Source: Phoronis australis (lineage: Eukaryota > Animalia > Phoronida). Taken from it: a DNA stretch of 64,000 nucleotides. A program made the translations under genes and the position numbers. The notes beneath the pieces were generated by a model. It had not been told where the DNA came from and ran no database searches. It was given only the letters and a program-made list of their open reading frames with translations. The stretch lies in contig NMRA01000374.1 in assembly GCA_002633005.1 (NCBI GenBank), positions 278,350 to 342,349 of the forward strand, read 5' to 3'. Every line of letters starts with the position of its first letter. Positions within the stretch are counted from its first letter, which is position 1. Positions 52,805 through 64,000 of this stretch are shown in pieces.

Positions 52805-53371
52805 TCCCCAAGCCCGAGAAAGTTCAAGCTGGGTGCTTTTGCGAGCAAAATTGTGGCTTCTGTGTTCTGGGACAGCGAAGGTATTCTGATGATAGACTAC
52901 TTGCAAGGACAAAGCGTTACTGGGAATTACTGTGCATCACTTTTGGAAAAACTCAAAAAAGCAATCAAGGAAAAGAGACGCGAGAAGTTTCGGGAAGGAG
53001 TGCTGTTGCTTCAAGACAACGCACCTACCCACACCACCCAAGTTGTGGTGGCTGAAGCAACTAGATGGGGCTTTGGAATCCTTCCGCAACCCGTCTATTC
53101 TCCAGACCGGGCCCAGTCTGATTCTTATTTGTTTCCACATTTGAAGGCCATCGTGCGTGGACGCCATTATGTGAGCGATTATGACGTCATGAGTGCAGTG
53201 GAGGATTGAGGGGCTAAACAAGTTTCTTTTACAAAGGCATTCCAAAACTGAAGCACAGATGGAAGAAATGCATTGATGTAACGGGAGATTATATTGAAAA
53301 AATAAAAGACAAAAATAGTTGTTATCGCTTTGTTTTCTGGGTGAGGCCGAGAACTCAATGAATGACCCTGG
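52805..53371 (+). mobile_element. 5'-truncated mariner (DD34D) transposon
   Basis: SVFWDSEGILMIDYL, LLQDNAPTH, YSPDRAQSDSYLFPHLK, then degenerate RWKKCID..GDYIEK*. 3' end GGCCGAGAACTCAATGAATGACCCTGG|TA. Confidence 0.9.
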
Positions 53372-54203
53372 TACATATGAATAGTTCGGTAGCAGCCTTT
53401 CGTTAACACAAACTCCGTTGATAACACGACTGGAATTTTTGTTTGACAGCTTAATACACACTCGCTCCTAGTGTTGAAACAATCTCCTTTCTTCGGGAGT
53501 GCAGCTATGTAGCATTACACCCAGAGACATAACACAGAAACAAAGTAAAAGGCTAGCTATATTTCAAGACACATGTCTGTGGAATGAACACATAAGAAGA
53601 GAAATAAATATATATGTGGTGCCAAGACAGCCCACAACTTTCCACAATAGCCAACTGTCATCCCTGTAGATTTTGTGCATGCTGATTAGCATAATTCCAC
53701 ACGAGTACATGAGACCTATTTTGCATTCAACAAGGTCTCCTCCATATCTTCCATCTTTCATGGCTGCATGCTCTTGTGGTATCTACCATCCGGTTTTATC
53801 TCCTTTTACCTTCTTTAGGTTTTCAAGGATTAATGTTGCTTCAGCAAGTACAATACAAAAATCAAGTGGTAAAAGTATACCGCATTAACAAATAGTATAG
53901 ATACGTGTGGCACCCGAACAGTCCTAATACTTCTGTTGAAGTAACAAAGTAGATTCTGACAGAGTAAATACACTTAAGGTGTATAAAGAGACTGAACCGG
54001 AATTCAGTGTAACATGTAATACTCCTAAATAGTTGACAATGGACAGAGTCCACAGTGTGTCATGAGCACACATTTGTTACATTCAATTGCATCGAGAAGA
54101 CAACTGAAGACACTGATTGGCTGGACAATCCCCTGGCCACTCCATATGCTCATTCACTTGTACATTGCTGATCAATAAGGCAGGTAATCTTTGTACATTG
54201 CTA

Positions 54204-54326
54204 CTAGGCAGGCAGACTACATAAAAAGTTATGTGTGGGTATGGCAAGTGCTCCAGCTACACCTATTCCAAGACTGTCAGCGACGCTGGCAACACCTAAA
54301 CTGAACTCCTTGTGCTCTGGGACAAC
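54204..54326 (-). CDS. CLN3: CLN3 last coding exon
   Basis: [40 protein letters not shown]. Confidence 0.92.
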   Translation of the reverse strand, partial: VVPEHKEFSLGVASVADSLGIGVAGALAIPTHNFLCSLPA

Positions 54327-57300
54327 CTGAAATAATAATAACAAAAAAATTAAGAACAATGACGTTGACAAGAACTTCATTATAATACAGTAAAAGTCAT
54401 AACAACAAGCAGTCGTCACAGGGCCCCGCCTCCTCATGATGCAGACATTTTCAGGGTAACGTTATAATTTCATGTGGTAATAATATTTTGTAAAAATGAG
54501 CCGTTAAATCTCTGCAATATGTTATTTCCAACATGTCTGACTCAAATATAATTATCAAAATTTTCAAATGAGAAAATGAGAACTTTAATACATGATGTGA
54601 TGTAACTTCAAAGTTTTCCGGTGTGACCTTGAAAATGAGGCCATGGCATCAAATTTGACTGGTGCCACGAGATGCATCTATACCACCTCGATAAAAATAT
54701 GAGTAAATGTAAAGATTGTTTCTTGAAATATCACGCCAACCTTTTCTCAGTAGGGCTCTTAAATATCTCACTATGACCTTGGGAAAGAGGTCAAGGTCGC
54801 CAAAATCGCTTGGTGCCTTGGGATGCCCCGACTATTCCATAGTATACGACATGAACAAAATGTAAAGCTTTCTTCTTGAGATATCACCCAAACAATACTT
54901 TCCAATAGGAGCTCTTTAAATTTCTTGCTATGACCTTGAAAATGAATTCAATGTCACCAAAACATACTGGTAACTGGAGTTCCACCCACACCTTGCTACA
55001 ACACATTAACAAAATCTAAAGCTCTCTTTTGAGAGGAGTTATGCCAACAACATCTTTCCAAGCTAAATTTGAAAATCGACTGGTGCCTTGAGTTGCCTCA
55101 TTAACACCTCGGACCAAAAGCAGGAGTAAAACCACAACATAGTTAGATGTATTCTTGTGATACTGGTCCACAGTAGATGTGTTATGGTGAGTTATTTGAC
55201 AACCAAGTTTTTAAGGTGTTGATGGTAGATCAATATTTGGATAATGGTTCGACTGTCATATAGCGAGCCTCTTAAAAACAGAAAAATCAAAGTGGCACTT
55301 TTAGCATTTGCTTTTTGCATGATTTAAAGAATTTTTCGGTATCTCGCCTTTAACTGCTATCTCACCTCTTTTCTAATCCTGTAGAAAGTGTTAACATATG
55401 CAGCTCCACCTAGCAGCCCCTCGTAGAGAATAATGACAAACATGATCCATATGCTGGGAATAAAGCCAAAAAAGGCTTGGAATAACAACAGCACCACGTT
55501 GGCCCACTGTGAATAAACCAATAAGTTATAAGATGAAGGGCAAATTAGCATGAATTGAAACAGGAATATTAAACAAACAGCATGTTTGACGTTATGTATG
55601 ACCTTATTGACAAGTCTGTGCTGTCAGCCAAATATCTGCAAAACTACAGAATTTAACTCCGCAGTTAAAGTATTGTTTTTGAAAGCAAAAAAATGTAGAA
55701 TTTGATTTTTGACTTTATCTGCTGTTGTTGTATGACGTGACAGTATCTTTTAAGTAACACCTGCCAAAAGATTAAGCATGACTTGGCAAGATATTGTCAA
55801 GATATTGCCATGAACTATAATCACAGTACCTAATCATACTAACATTGCTCGCTCAATTCTTGCATTTACAGAACACAACCCAGGTTTATACACGTCTCCA
55901 AGTTTTCAGTGACATCAGATATATTAACGAGCAGACATCCCACTATGCACTTGACCATCAGCGCCCTTAGTGACTAAGTTCTGCCATGATGTAATCGATC
56001 ATGTTGCATTCTTACCTGTAGGATGGGCAATATCCATAACCTTTTAATAGGGAATAAATTAATGGACGACCGTGATAAGAACACGCCAATTTGATAGTCC
56101 ACTTGATACCTATAAGGACAAATGGGTGAATTTGTTATTGGTAGCCATATGGCAGCAATAGTTCTAAGAACACACAACTGAGCAATGAGATGTAGCCATA
56201 TGGCAGGAATAGTTCTAATAACACACAACTGACCAATGAGTTAGGTGTAGCCTTATGGCAGCAGTAGTTCTAACAACACACAACTGAGCAATGAGGTGTA
56301 GCCTTATGGCAGCAATAGTTCTAACAACACACAACTGAGCAATGAGTTAGGTGTAGCCATATGGCAGCAATAGTTCTAACAACACACAACTGAGCAATGA
56401 GGTGCAGCCATATGGCAGCAATAGTTCTAACAACACACAACTGAGCAATGAGGTGCAGCCATATGGCAGCACTAGTTCTAACAACACACAACTGAGCAAT
56501 GAGTTAGGTGTAGCAATATGGCAGCAATAGTTCTAACAACACACAACTGAGCAATAAGGTGCAGGAACACGGGATTGGGCCACTCAGGGGGGAACTAACT
56601 GAACACTTAAACAACATGCCAAACAAGCCCAGAAATGACAGAAATATGTAGAGCAAGAACCACATGATATTACAGGGTAATCCAGCTTTGGAAGATATGG
56701 AAAAAATTTTGTCACACCCTGTGCCGTGGCATTGGAACTTTAAAACAATGAATACTATATCTTGAAACATCCACTTGTTTTTGGAAAATAAACTTTGCAT
56801 ACGGTGACAATGAAGTAGCAATGCGAAATTAAAGAGACAATAAATTCACTTTCCATCACAAAAAATCTGCTTCAGACCTCTTACTGTACAGTTGTGAAAT
56901 TGGTCTCAAATTGTTCTTTAGTCAAATTTCAGGGCTAGTTTCAGGGCTATGAAGGAATTGACAGTTTGAGCCGAGCATACTTTCAAGGAATAACTAACTG
57001 TCAGCTCTCTGAAAACAGAAATTGAAATCCCATTTAAGTAAGAGACAAGTTTACGTTTTACATGGAACGTGGGTTTACAGCCGCTTTAAGAAGATGACAG
57101 TTTGGGGCACGCAAATGACCAGATGCTAGTCTGGGGTGCACGAACGACCAGATGACAGTTTGGGGCACACAAATGAAGAGGGTATTTCACTTACCATTTG
57201 TATTGCTGAGACGGTTTTAGCCATATGTGTTCAAAATACAAGAGCTCATACTGAAATATTAAAAAATATATAAATTGATGAAGATATGAAATTTCATTCG

Positions 57301-60300
57301 TAACCAAACTAACTCCTATTTCGCCATTGCGTAAAACGAAACCTTGGGTTAACTGTGGATAATTTAGTACTTTCATATTAATCAAATCACATACTTAACA
57401 GAGTAAATTTGACATCACCATCTGGTAACATATCCCAAAATTTGGTACACATTCTCTGGCTGATCACTCAGAGTTGTGAAATAGGATTTGAAACTACAGT
57501 TCGCGACAAAAATAACCAGAATTAATTATAGTCACCACTTTCTCATCATGACTGGTAAATAATCATTAAGGCCACAAAATTCTAATTACAGAATGTCTTA
57601 GGGCGAAATTCTCTGTTAACTCCCCTTCATTCTCCATCATCAGGGGAGACTATTCTCAGTCATCAGGGCAGACCATTCTGGCGATGAATTCAGCTTCCAC
57701 CCAGGGGAATTCAGGGTCACTTTGTCTGAATACTTTTGACTTGTATTGTAAATGTTTCCACATAAATAGCACATCTGCTGTTTAACTCACCAAGGCCTGG
57801 TTGATAAAATACTCAGATGTATAGACAAGAGCCAGAGGTATCATGTACTTGAGCAATGGCTGAAGAAAAAGAAAACAAGACTTACTACTGGTAACTATTA
57901 ATAGTGATTATAGGTCAAATGTAATGAAGATACAGTTTCAGCTTATATATTTTCACCAAATAATTAAGTGAAAACCTTGACACTTTGACAATTCGCGATG
58001 CTTTCGGCTTTTTCTCAGCTTCGGCAAATCCACTTCGTTTGAACTTGTGTACAGGAATTCTTGAAAATGGCTCAGTGGATTTCACAGAAACTTTCCACCA
58101 ATTTTAATATTATTCACCAGTCTCAAAAAACTATAGTAGTGGTTTTTGTTTTGAACGCCTAGTTTTTCGGTTACCATAGAACAGACGAATAACACTGTTA
58201 TTTTTTACAAAAAATACTTTTGGAATAAAAAACAAGTCTAAAAATTCCTAACAGCGTTTTTGATCTAAAGTGAGAAGTTTTCATCTAAAAAATGTTTCAT
58301 TAAAGTCAACCGAGGGGTTATTTGCTGTAAATATAGATACCCTTCTTAAAAATAACAATAAACAGCACATTAATGCAAAACCTATCTTCATAACACCTCG
58401 TCTCTTTTCTTTCAGAAAATACTCTTTTATTTGAAGACATAGCTTGTTTTTCAATGTATGAGCTAGAATGGTCATAAAGTAAGGTTTGACATAACCTTAC
58501 ATCCTGAAATGTTTCAAGCCATCACCACAGGCATGTCAGGAAGATTGACCCCACATGTGGGAGAGCCAAGAAAAAATTCAAGCAAACTAAAAATATTTTT
58601 TCGAGGCAAATTATAGTTTTGCCCTAACAGAAGCGTCCATATACACTTACGACCAACACAAATAGTTCTTAACTTTAATGTAATTAGGACTGGATTAAAG
58701 TACGGTAATTCTGAACACCATACTGTCGTATCTCATTCCACGTAATACTCTGGTGCACAATGATGGTCACTCACACTCAGTAGACGCAGTCTGTCAACAA
58801 AACTGTACGTTTTAATGTGCCCCGAGCTACCATCTATGGTCTCGCCTGAAATTATAGATAAAGCACTGAAGGCCATGGAGAAGTGAAAGATAGTTTCTTG
58901 CATACCGTCAAGGCCTTATTTCATTTGTTCTGCATTTCATTTTTAATTGTTATTAACAAAAGACACTGCTAACATCTTTGGTCAATCCAAACAAAACATA
59001 TTTTTTTTCAAAATCAGACAAGTCAGAAAATACAAAAAATTGAGTAGTTGCAAGCAAGAGACACAAGTTGATAAAATTACATAAATAATTAAGAATTTGC
59101 CTGTGTTATGACTGTCACTCAGCAGATGGTACGATTCTGATGTGTTGCACTTTTTAAAGAAACCAGAGACGCTAGGGGGCCTGTCGAGAACCAGGAAATA
59201 ACTGAAAATAAGGCAAAATGACAGACAATCACATCTTCATATTTCAAAATTCAAAACCAACAAACAACAGGAAAGTTAGTATCCAAGGTAACAGAATGAT
59301 AAGAAATGCAACTACAGCCAAAGCCCAAAAAGATGACTACCTGTGTAATTTGAGCTTCAATTAAAACAAAGTTTCCCGGTTCAGTAACTGTAGTTCTAGT
59401 CCATGCACTCATTCCTTCAGATTAGTCAAGTTTTAGGTTATTCAGATAAAAACATCTCCGATCGTTTAGATATGATGCCATGTTTACTGTACTTAACATA
59501 AGTTCAATACTTTACAGACCAACTAAAAGCGTCCTACTATAATGAATTACTTATTATAATAGAATCTTTAATAGTGTTACCCAAGGTATACAGTATTCTG
59601 AGCCTAGTAAGACAAGATATATCAAATCAAAAATGATGACAACAAACCTAGAAATGAGGATGACATCAGGGCTTGGAATGACCAATGACAAAAAACGCGG
59701 AAACTTTTACGGCCCAAATTATGCGCGCTACCCAGCCTTGAAATGCTCGATGTGAACCTTTCCCCGACAAAAATCGGGAGGACTAAAAAAAAANNNNNNN
59801 NNNNNNNNNNNNNNNNNNNNNNNNNNNNNNNNNNNNNNGTTCCCCATGGATAGCGTTAGTCGATGGCATAAATGTGCAGTGATGAATCCTGACTAACGTT
59901 CCCCATGGATAGCGTTAGTCGATGGCATGAGTGTACAGTGGTGAATTCTGACTAACGTTCCCCATGGATAGCGTTAGTCGATGGCATAAATGTGCAGTGA
60001 TGAATCCTGACTAACGTTCCCCATGGATAGCGTTAGTCGATGGTGTTCATCTACAAAGGAGAATTGCAACTAACATTTTCCTAGGCACAAAACTACAATG
60101 TAGCATTTTGACGTTAGTCAAACAACACATTGGAGTATTCTGACTAACTGACGTTAGTTCGAAGCAAAAAAAAGCTTTCAATCACTTAGTATTAGTTAGT
60201 TTGACCAGTTTCAACTAGTTTTGCATAAGCATTTTGACTAACGTTGAATCACGATTTAATGAAAAACTCAAAATGTGGAATGCCACTTGAAAAAATAATT

Positions 60301-63300
60301 GCCAATTGAAATAATAACATGTTTGCATTGATCATTTTGTGAATAATTATTGCATTCATCTGATTCCTTCACATTTCTTTAATATGTTGTAAATATAATC
60401 AACCGCATTTCAGCCATCTATATATAAAATATCTCTAGTTACCACACTGCCATGATGGCGGGGACAACAAGCATTATAAACAATGTGTTCTTCGCCGACA
60501 CACCAATCTGTCGCAAACCCGCATAGGAGAGAGCACCAAATACACCGGCGCCACCTGTGCCTGATGAGTAGGTTGACACAACATTTCTGAAAGACCACAA
60601 GTTACAATTCCTGAGAAACTGACAAGGGCACAGACTTCAGTTGTGTGGTCAAAATTTCCTTTCAAACTTAAATCCTAATGGGTATGACAAGTCTGGCAAA
60701 AATAAAAATAATAAAAAAGTCTGGCAACAGACCTAATTCAGGGGACTTCATATGTCGAGATGCTCTTCAAGTTCATTGCGGATGCCTATGAACAGTAGGT
60801 GACATCACAGATTATGGAAAACAACACAGGTGAGCACCATACTTGGAACCACAAGACCACTGCAACATGTGTTTTGGTGAGAGTAAGGCAAAGCATCATG
60901 AAAATAAAAAGATTGAAAATCTGTCTGAAAATCCTGAGCTTAGTAAGCTTTTGCACAAACGATTCTCAGGGCATGAGCTATCTGATCACGCTCGAGTCAA
61001 ATCGCACTACCTAAAATGCAAAATGAATAGATTACGCATCCATGACTTATCTGTGATGTCACGGAATATTTACAAAACAAAACACCTCACAAACAATGCA
61101 TTTGAAAATGGCAGCACGATATACGAGCCTCTCATATCGTGTACATGAGAAAAACAGGAAACGTCAGCCTAATATCGTGTTATAACAGTCCATGGAATGA
61201 TAGCAGCTTTAATACTTGTCTACTCATGGAGACATTTCAAATTAAAGTATTGTAACAAATGAGACATGCACACCTTGGTACTTAGTGATGATGTATTGAT
61301 TATCTGTTGTGTTGTCTGAATGCAACTACAGTAGCTTGCCTGGCATTGCACCCAGATATAATGTCATCTATCAAATATGTTCAACAAATCAATAGTTTAC
61401 CAGGTAGTTTACATTCACTAAATCAACCAGTCTTCCTGAAAAACTTGACATTTGACATGGAAATTGCAAAAAGACCTCTCAATCAGTACATCTGCCATCT
61501 CAAACAGAATGTTAAATTTAATGTGAAACACTACCAAAATTGTTCAGTAAAGTTTGATTGAAATTAAGGCTCCTGTTAAAATTACACCGATGTCTAGTTT
61601 TTAATAACAGTCATGAGACTAATAACTGTTACAATGAAGAATTACTTCCATGCACACAATATTTTTGTTTATTTCTCAAGCACTTATTTAACACGTCATA
61701 GTTGCACGAGATTCCAATTGTTACAATTAATGTTTTAATTAATAGTTATTACTAACAGTAGTGTGTTCATTAAAGTTTTCTACTAATTAAAGCTGCACTT
61801 CGCTCTGTTTAGCCATCTACAAATTTACAAAAATTGAACTGGGCCTTCATTACTCTCGTAAATGATCGGGTTCTAATCCTGTTAACAAAACGTGAACATC
61901 AAAACTGTCAATGAATCGAGAAGAAAACATTTCAGAGCTTATTGGGGTTGGCCAAGTGTAAAATATTAATTGGAAATGGTACGTGTATGCATTTCCTGAG
62001 ACTTGAGTTGCTGGCTCCTTCACCAACAATCAAATTCGATTGAGCTTTGTAATGTAGTTTGAACTGCAAAGCGCTTAGGTTAAGAATTCAACTTTGGCAG
62101 CTTAACAGCAGTGAATGCAGCATTTAACATCACAAAACAGCGTATTGTGAAAACAAAAAGCAAATAGAAAACTTACAAATTGAACTTTGCGGAAAGGCTT
62201 AAAAACGTAACTTCACCAAATCCTGAGCTGATGCTTGCACAAATGACACCTGGTGAGAGAAATAAACACTAAAAGCTTATAGAGTACCTGGTGAGAGAAA
62301 TGAACACTTCAGCTTATAGTACAGCTGAACAAAAACAGCAAGCTTCTACATCAAACAATGCGAGTACCCGCATAATGTGGATATGGGCACAGTCAATTAA
62401 AATACACAACTTGTGATGTCTGACTACCTAGCGCTTTAATTACAATAACAATATTGTACAAATGGCACGATTTATTACTACCCTCATGCCCGGTCAACGT
62501 CATAATGGTTTCCCTTTCATCCAATGTTTCAATTTCTATGCATGAAGGTAATTTTTGGATGGTAGACAGATTTGCACGTAACAACTTCGTCAATAATTAT
62601 TCAATAGGAGTTCAGCTGCAAGTACAGAAAAATGACAACAGGAACAAATCTCAACGATGAGCCATAGAGTAGTTCCATAAAAAAATTTGGCTTACTTAAC
62701 CGTGAACTAATGGTAAATTTTCAATAACGTTACTTGGATGGTGTAAAGAATAGACAATTGTGAACATAGTCTGTTACAACACTGGCGTCAATGTTCAGCG
62801 ATTGTTGCCGGGACATTTATATGTAAAAGCACCGTTGTGTTGGCCGGGTGCATGCAAATGTTCGACATGGGTGCGGCAGTCGAGAGCCAGCCGTGACACG
62901 GTGTAGACGTGTCTAGAAGCTGTCTGGACACCGTGGAACGTTTGTGCCGACAGTGAAGACTTGTAACATTCAGCGAACAAAGTAGGGACCGCAAAGATGA
63001 TGGTGTTCAAAGTCGTATGCTAAAAGGAAGGCACTGACCACCAGTGCACTGTGCACGAACTGTGTGAAATGATAAGCTGGACTATGACTCAGTAATATTA
63101 GTTTAGGTGCCATATGGGAGTTGTCGACCTAGTTATGATACATATTTAGTGTTTGTGTGTAAACGTTTAATATTGGAAGCTTCATTAAATATTGTTTCTT
63201 TTAAACTCGTTTTTCTACTGAATTGTCTGATTAAAGTCACGTGGTGACAGATGACAAAAACAAGGGACACAATTAATTCATGAATTATGAACTCTTAGTT

Positions 63301-63698
63301 TATTTATTATAAGCTCAGTTGCAAATAAAGAAAAATGACACGAAAACAAATCTCAATGGTGAGACTTAGTGTAGCTAGATAGAGAATTCAGCAAACAGCG
63401 CTATGAGTGAATCAACAATAAGGCACTTGGTGTCATATCCAATTCATATCTCATGTTACAAATTATACTCAAAGAACTGCATTTTCCATTATAGGCACAA
63501 AAATGTTTGCATGTAATGGACAAACACCTTTAGATCACACGATGTATTGCAGCCATTGAATTTACAAATTATGCCAGATATTCATCAACTAATTAAGCCC
63601 ATAGACACTTACCTAAAATACTTATCCATACCGATGGTGAAAAGGCTACAATAAGGAAGCTAGCCACAGCAAATAAAATGATTTTAACGACACGGACA
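54204..63698 (-). CDS. CLN3: Battenin / CLN3 lysosomal transmembrane protein, ten 3' coding exons (5' part outside the window)
   Basis: Exons 63613-63698, 62177-62249, 60443-60586, 59101-59201, 58775-58845, 57791-57859, 57195-57250, 56016-56109, 55366-55506, 54204-54326 join in frame. Hallmarks: [82 protein letters not shown]. Confidence 0.95.
54403..55130. repeat. Intronic element with ~155-bp degenerate TGACCTTG-type tandem units (Helitron/HINE-like)
   Basis: TGACCTTG(A/G)..AGGTCA..CAAA..TGGTGCC recurs at ~54625, ~54775 and ~54930. Confidence 0.5.
55366..55506 (-). CDS. CLN3: CLN3 exon
   Basis: [47 protein letters not shown]; AG/GTGAG sites. Confidence 0.95.
56016..56109 (-). CDS. CLN3: CLN3 exon
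   Basis: [31 protein letters not shown]; GTAAG donor. Confidence 0.93.
56140..56562. repeat. 45/50-bp minisatellite, ~9 copies
   Basis: GTAGCCATATGGCAGCAATAGTTCTAACAACACACAACTGAGCAATGAG(TTAG)GT in tandem. Confidence 0.95.
57092..57176. repeat. 29-bp tandem repeat x3
   Basis: AGATGACAGTTTGGGGCAC.CAAATGACC variants. Confidence 0.75.
57195..57250 (-). CDS. CLN3: CLN3 exon
   Basis: [19 protein letters not shown]; GTAAG donor. Confidence 0.9.
57791..57859 (-). CDS. CLN3: CLN3 exon
   Basis: [23 protein letters not shown]; GTGAG donor. Confidence 0.93.
58775..58845 (-). CDS. CLN3: CLN3 exon (cytosolic loop)
   Basis: [23 protein letters not shown]; phase 1 to 0, GTGAGT donor. Confidence 0.7.
59101..59201 (-). 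CDS. CLN3: CLN3 exon (donor uncertain, possibly GC)
   Basis: [33 protein letters not shown]; ends CAG|GCAAAT. Confidence 0.75.
59839..60045. repeat. 59-bp minisatellite abutting an assembly gap (N-run ~59794-59838)
   Basis: GTTCCCCATGGATAGCGTTAGTCGATGGCAT...CTGACTAAC x3.5; each unit contains the inverted pair GTTAGTC/GACTAAC. Confidence 0.9.
60443..60586 (-). CDS. CLN3: CLN3 exon
   Basis: [47 protein letters not shown]. Confidence 0.95.
62177..62249 (-). CDS. CLN3: CLN3 exon
   Basis: [23 protein letters not shown]; GTAAGT donor. Confidence 0.93.
63613..63698 (-). CDS. CLN3: CLN3 exon
   Basis: [28 protein letters not shown]; GTAAG donor. Confidence 0.9.
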
Positions 63699-64000
63699 CT
63701 GAAAAAAGGGATAGACATTGTCACATCAGTTATCAAGATATATAAATATACTTACACAAACAATTCTACAATTATGGTGCTGTAGTTTTTTAAAAAGGTA
63801 ATGATTTGTTCTCATCAAAAATCACTGAAATTTCAAAGAAGAAATTTCCCTCCTAATTTTCAAATAATAAGTGGGTGCTATTTTCTGTCAGATTTTCCTC
63901 TGGTTTTTGGCCAGAACTTCGATGAAGTTAGACAAATTTCACCAAATATCCTCAACTTAAAAAAAACAGTGCAAGTGAAACTGAATCCTGCTTAGTTCTC

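Noticed and set aside
52937-53461. 174-aa minus-strand ORF
   Set aside because: Antisense to the mariner transposase; no domain features.
56140-56562. CRISPR-like regular repeats
   Set aside because: Units are contiguous with no unique spacers, lie in a eukaryotic intron and have no cas genes; this is a minisatellite.
59839-60045. Repeat-spacer-like array with palindromic units
   Set aside because: The 'spacers' are alternating variants of the same sequence; this is a tandem repeat beside an assembly gap.

Overview
AT-rich, intron-containing animal genomic DNA; the repeat style suggests an echinoderm-like marine invertebrate (inference). No prokaryotic operons, CRISPR arrays, rRNA or tRNA are seen. 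(1) ~2.2-8.9 kb, minus strand: a decayed transposon ORF with the order C2H2 finger, Ulp1/C48 SUMO protease, Cys-rich region, Mutator(MULE)-type DDE core, SWIM finger and a possible KDZ-like tail. (2) ~19.0-26.7 kb, minus strand: a spliced, highly divergent ubiquitin-specific protease (USP/C19) pseudogene that the ORF track does not show. (3) ~29-50 kb: a tandem duplication of two apparently intact 3-exon genes for secreted single discoidin (F5/8 type C) domain proteins, whose mature domains have diverged much more than their non-coding flanks. (4) 54.2-63.7 kb, minus strand: the ten 3' coding exons of CLN3/battenin. Interspersed are Kolobok-like THAP elements, Helentron/HINE-like elements, MITEs, L1/Tx1 fragments, a mariner fragment and mini/microsatellites. 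All exon coordinates, translations and identities were worked out by hand; no database searches were run.
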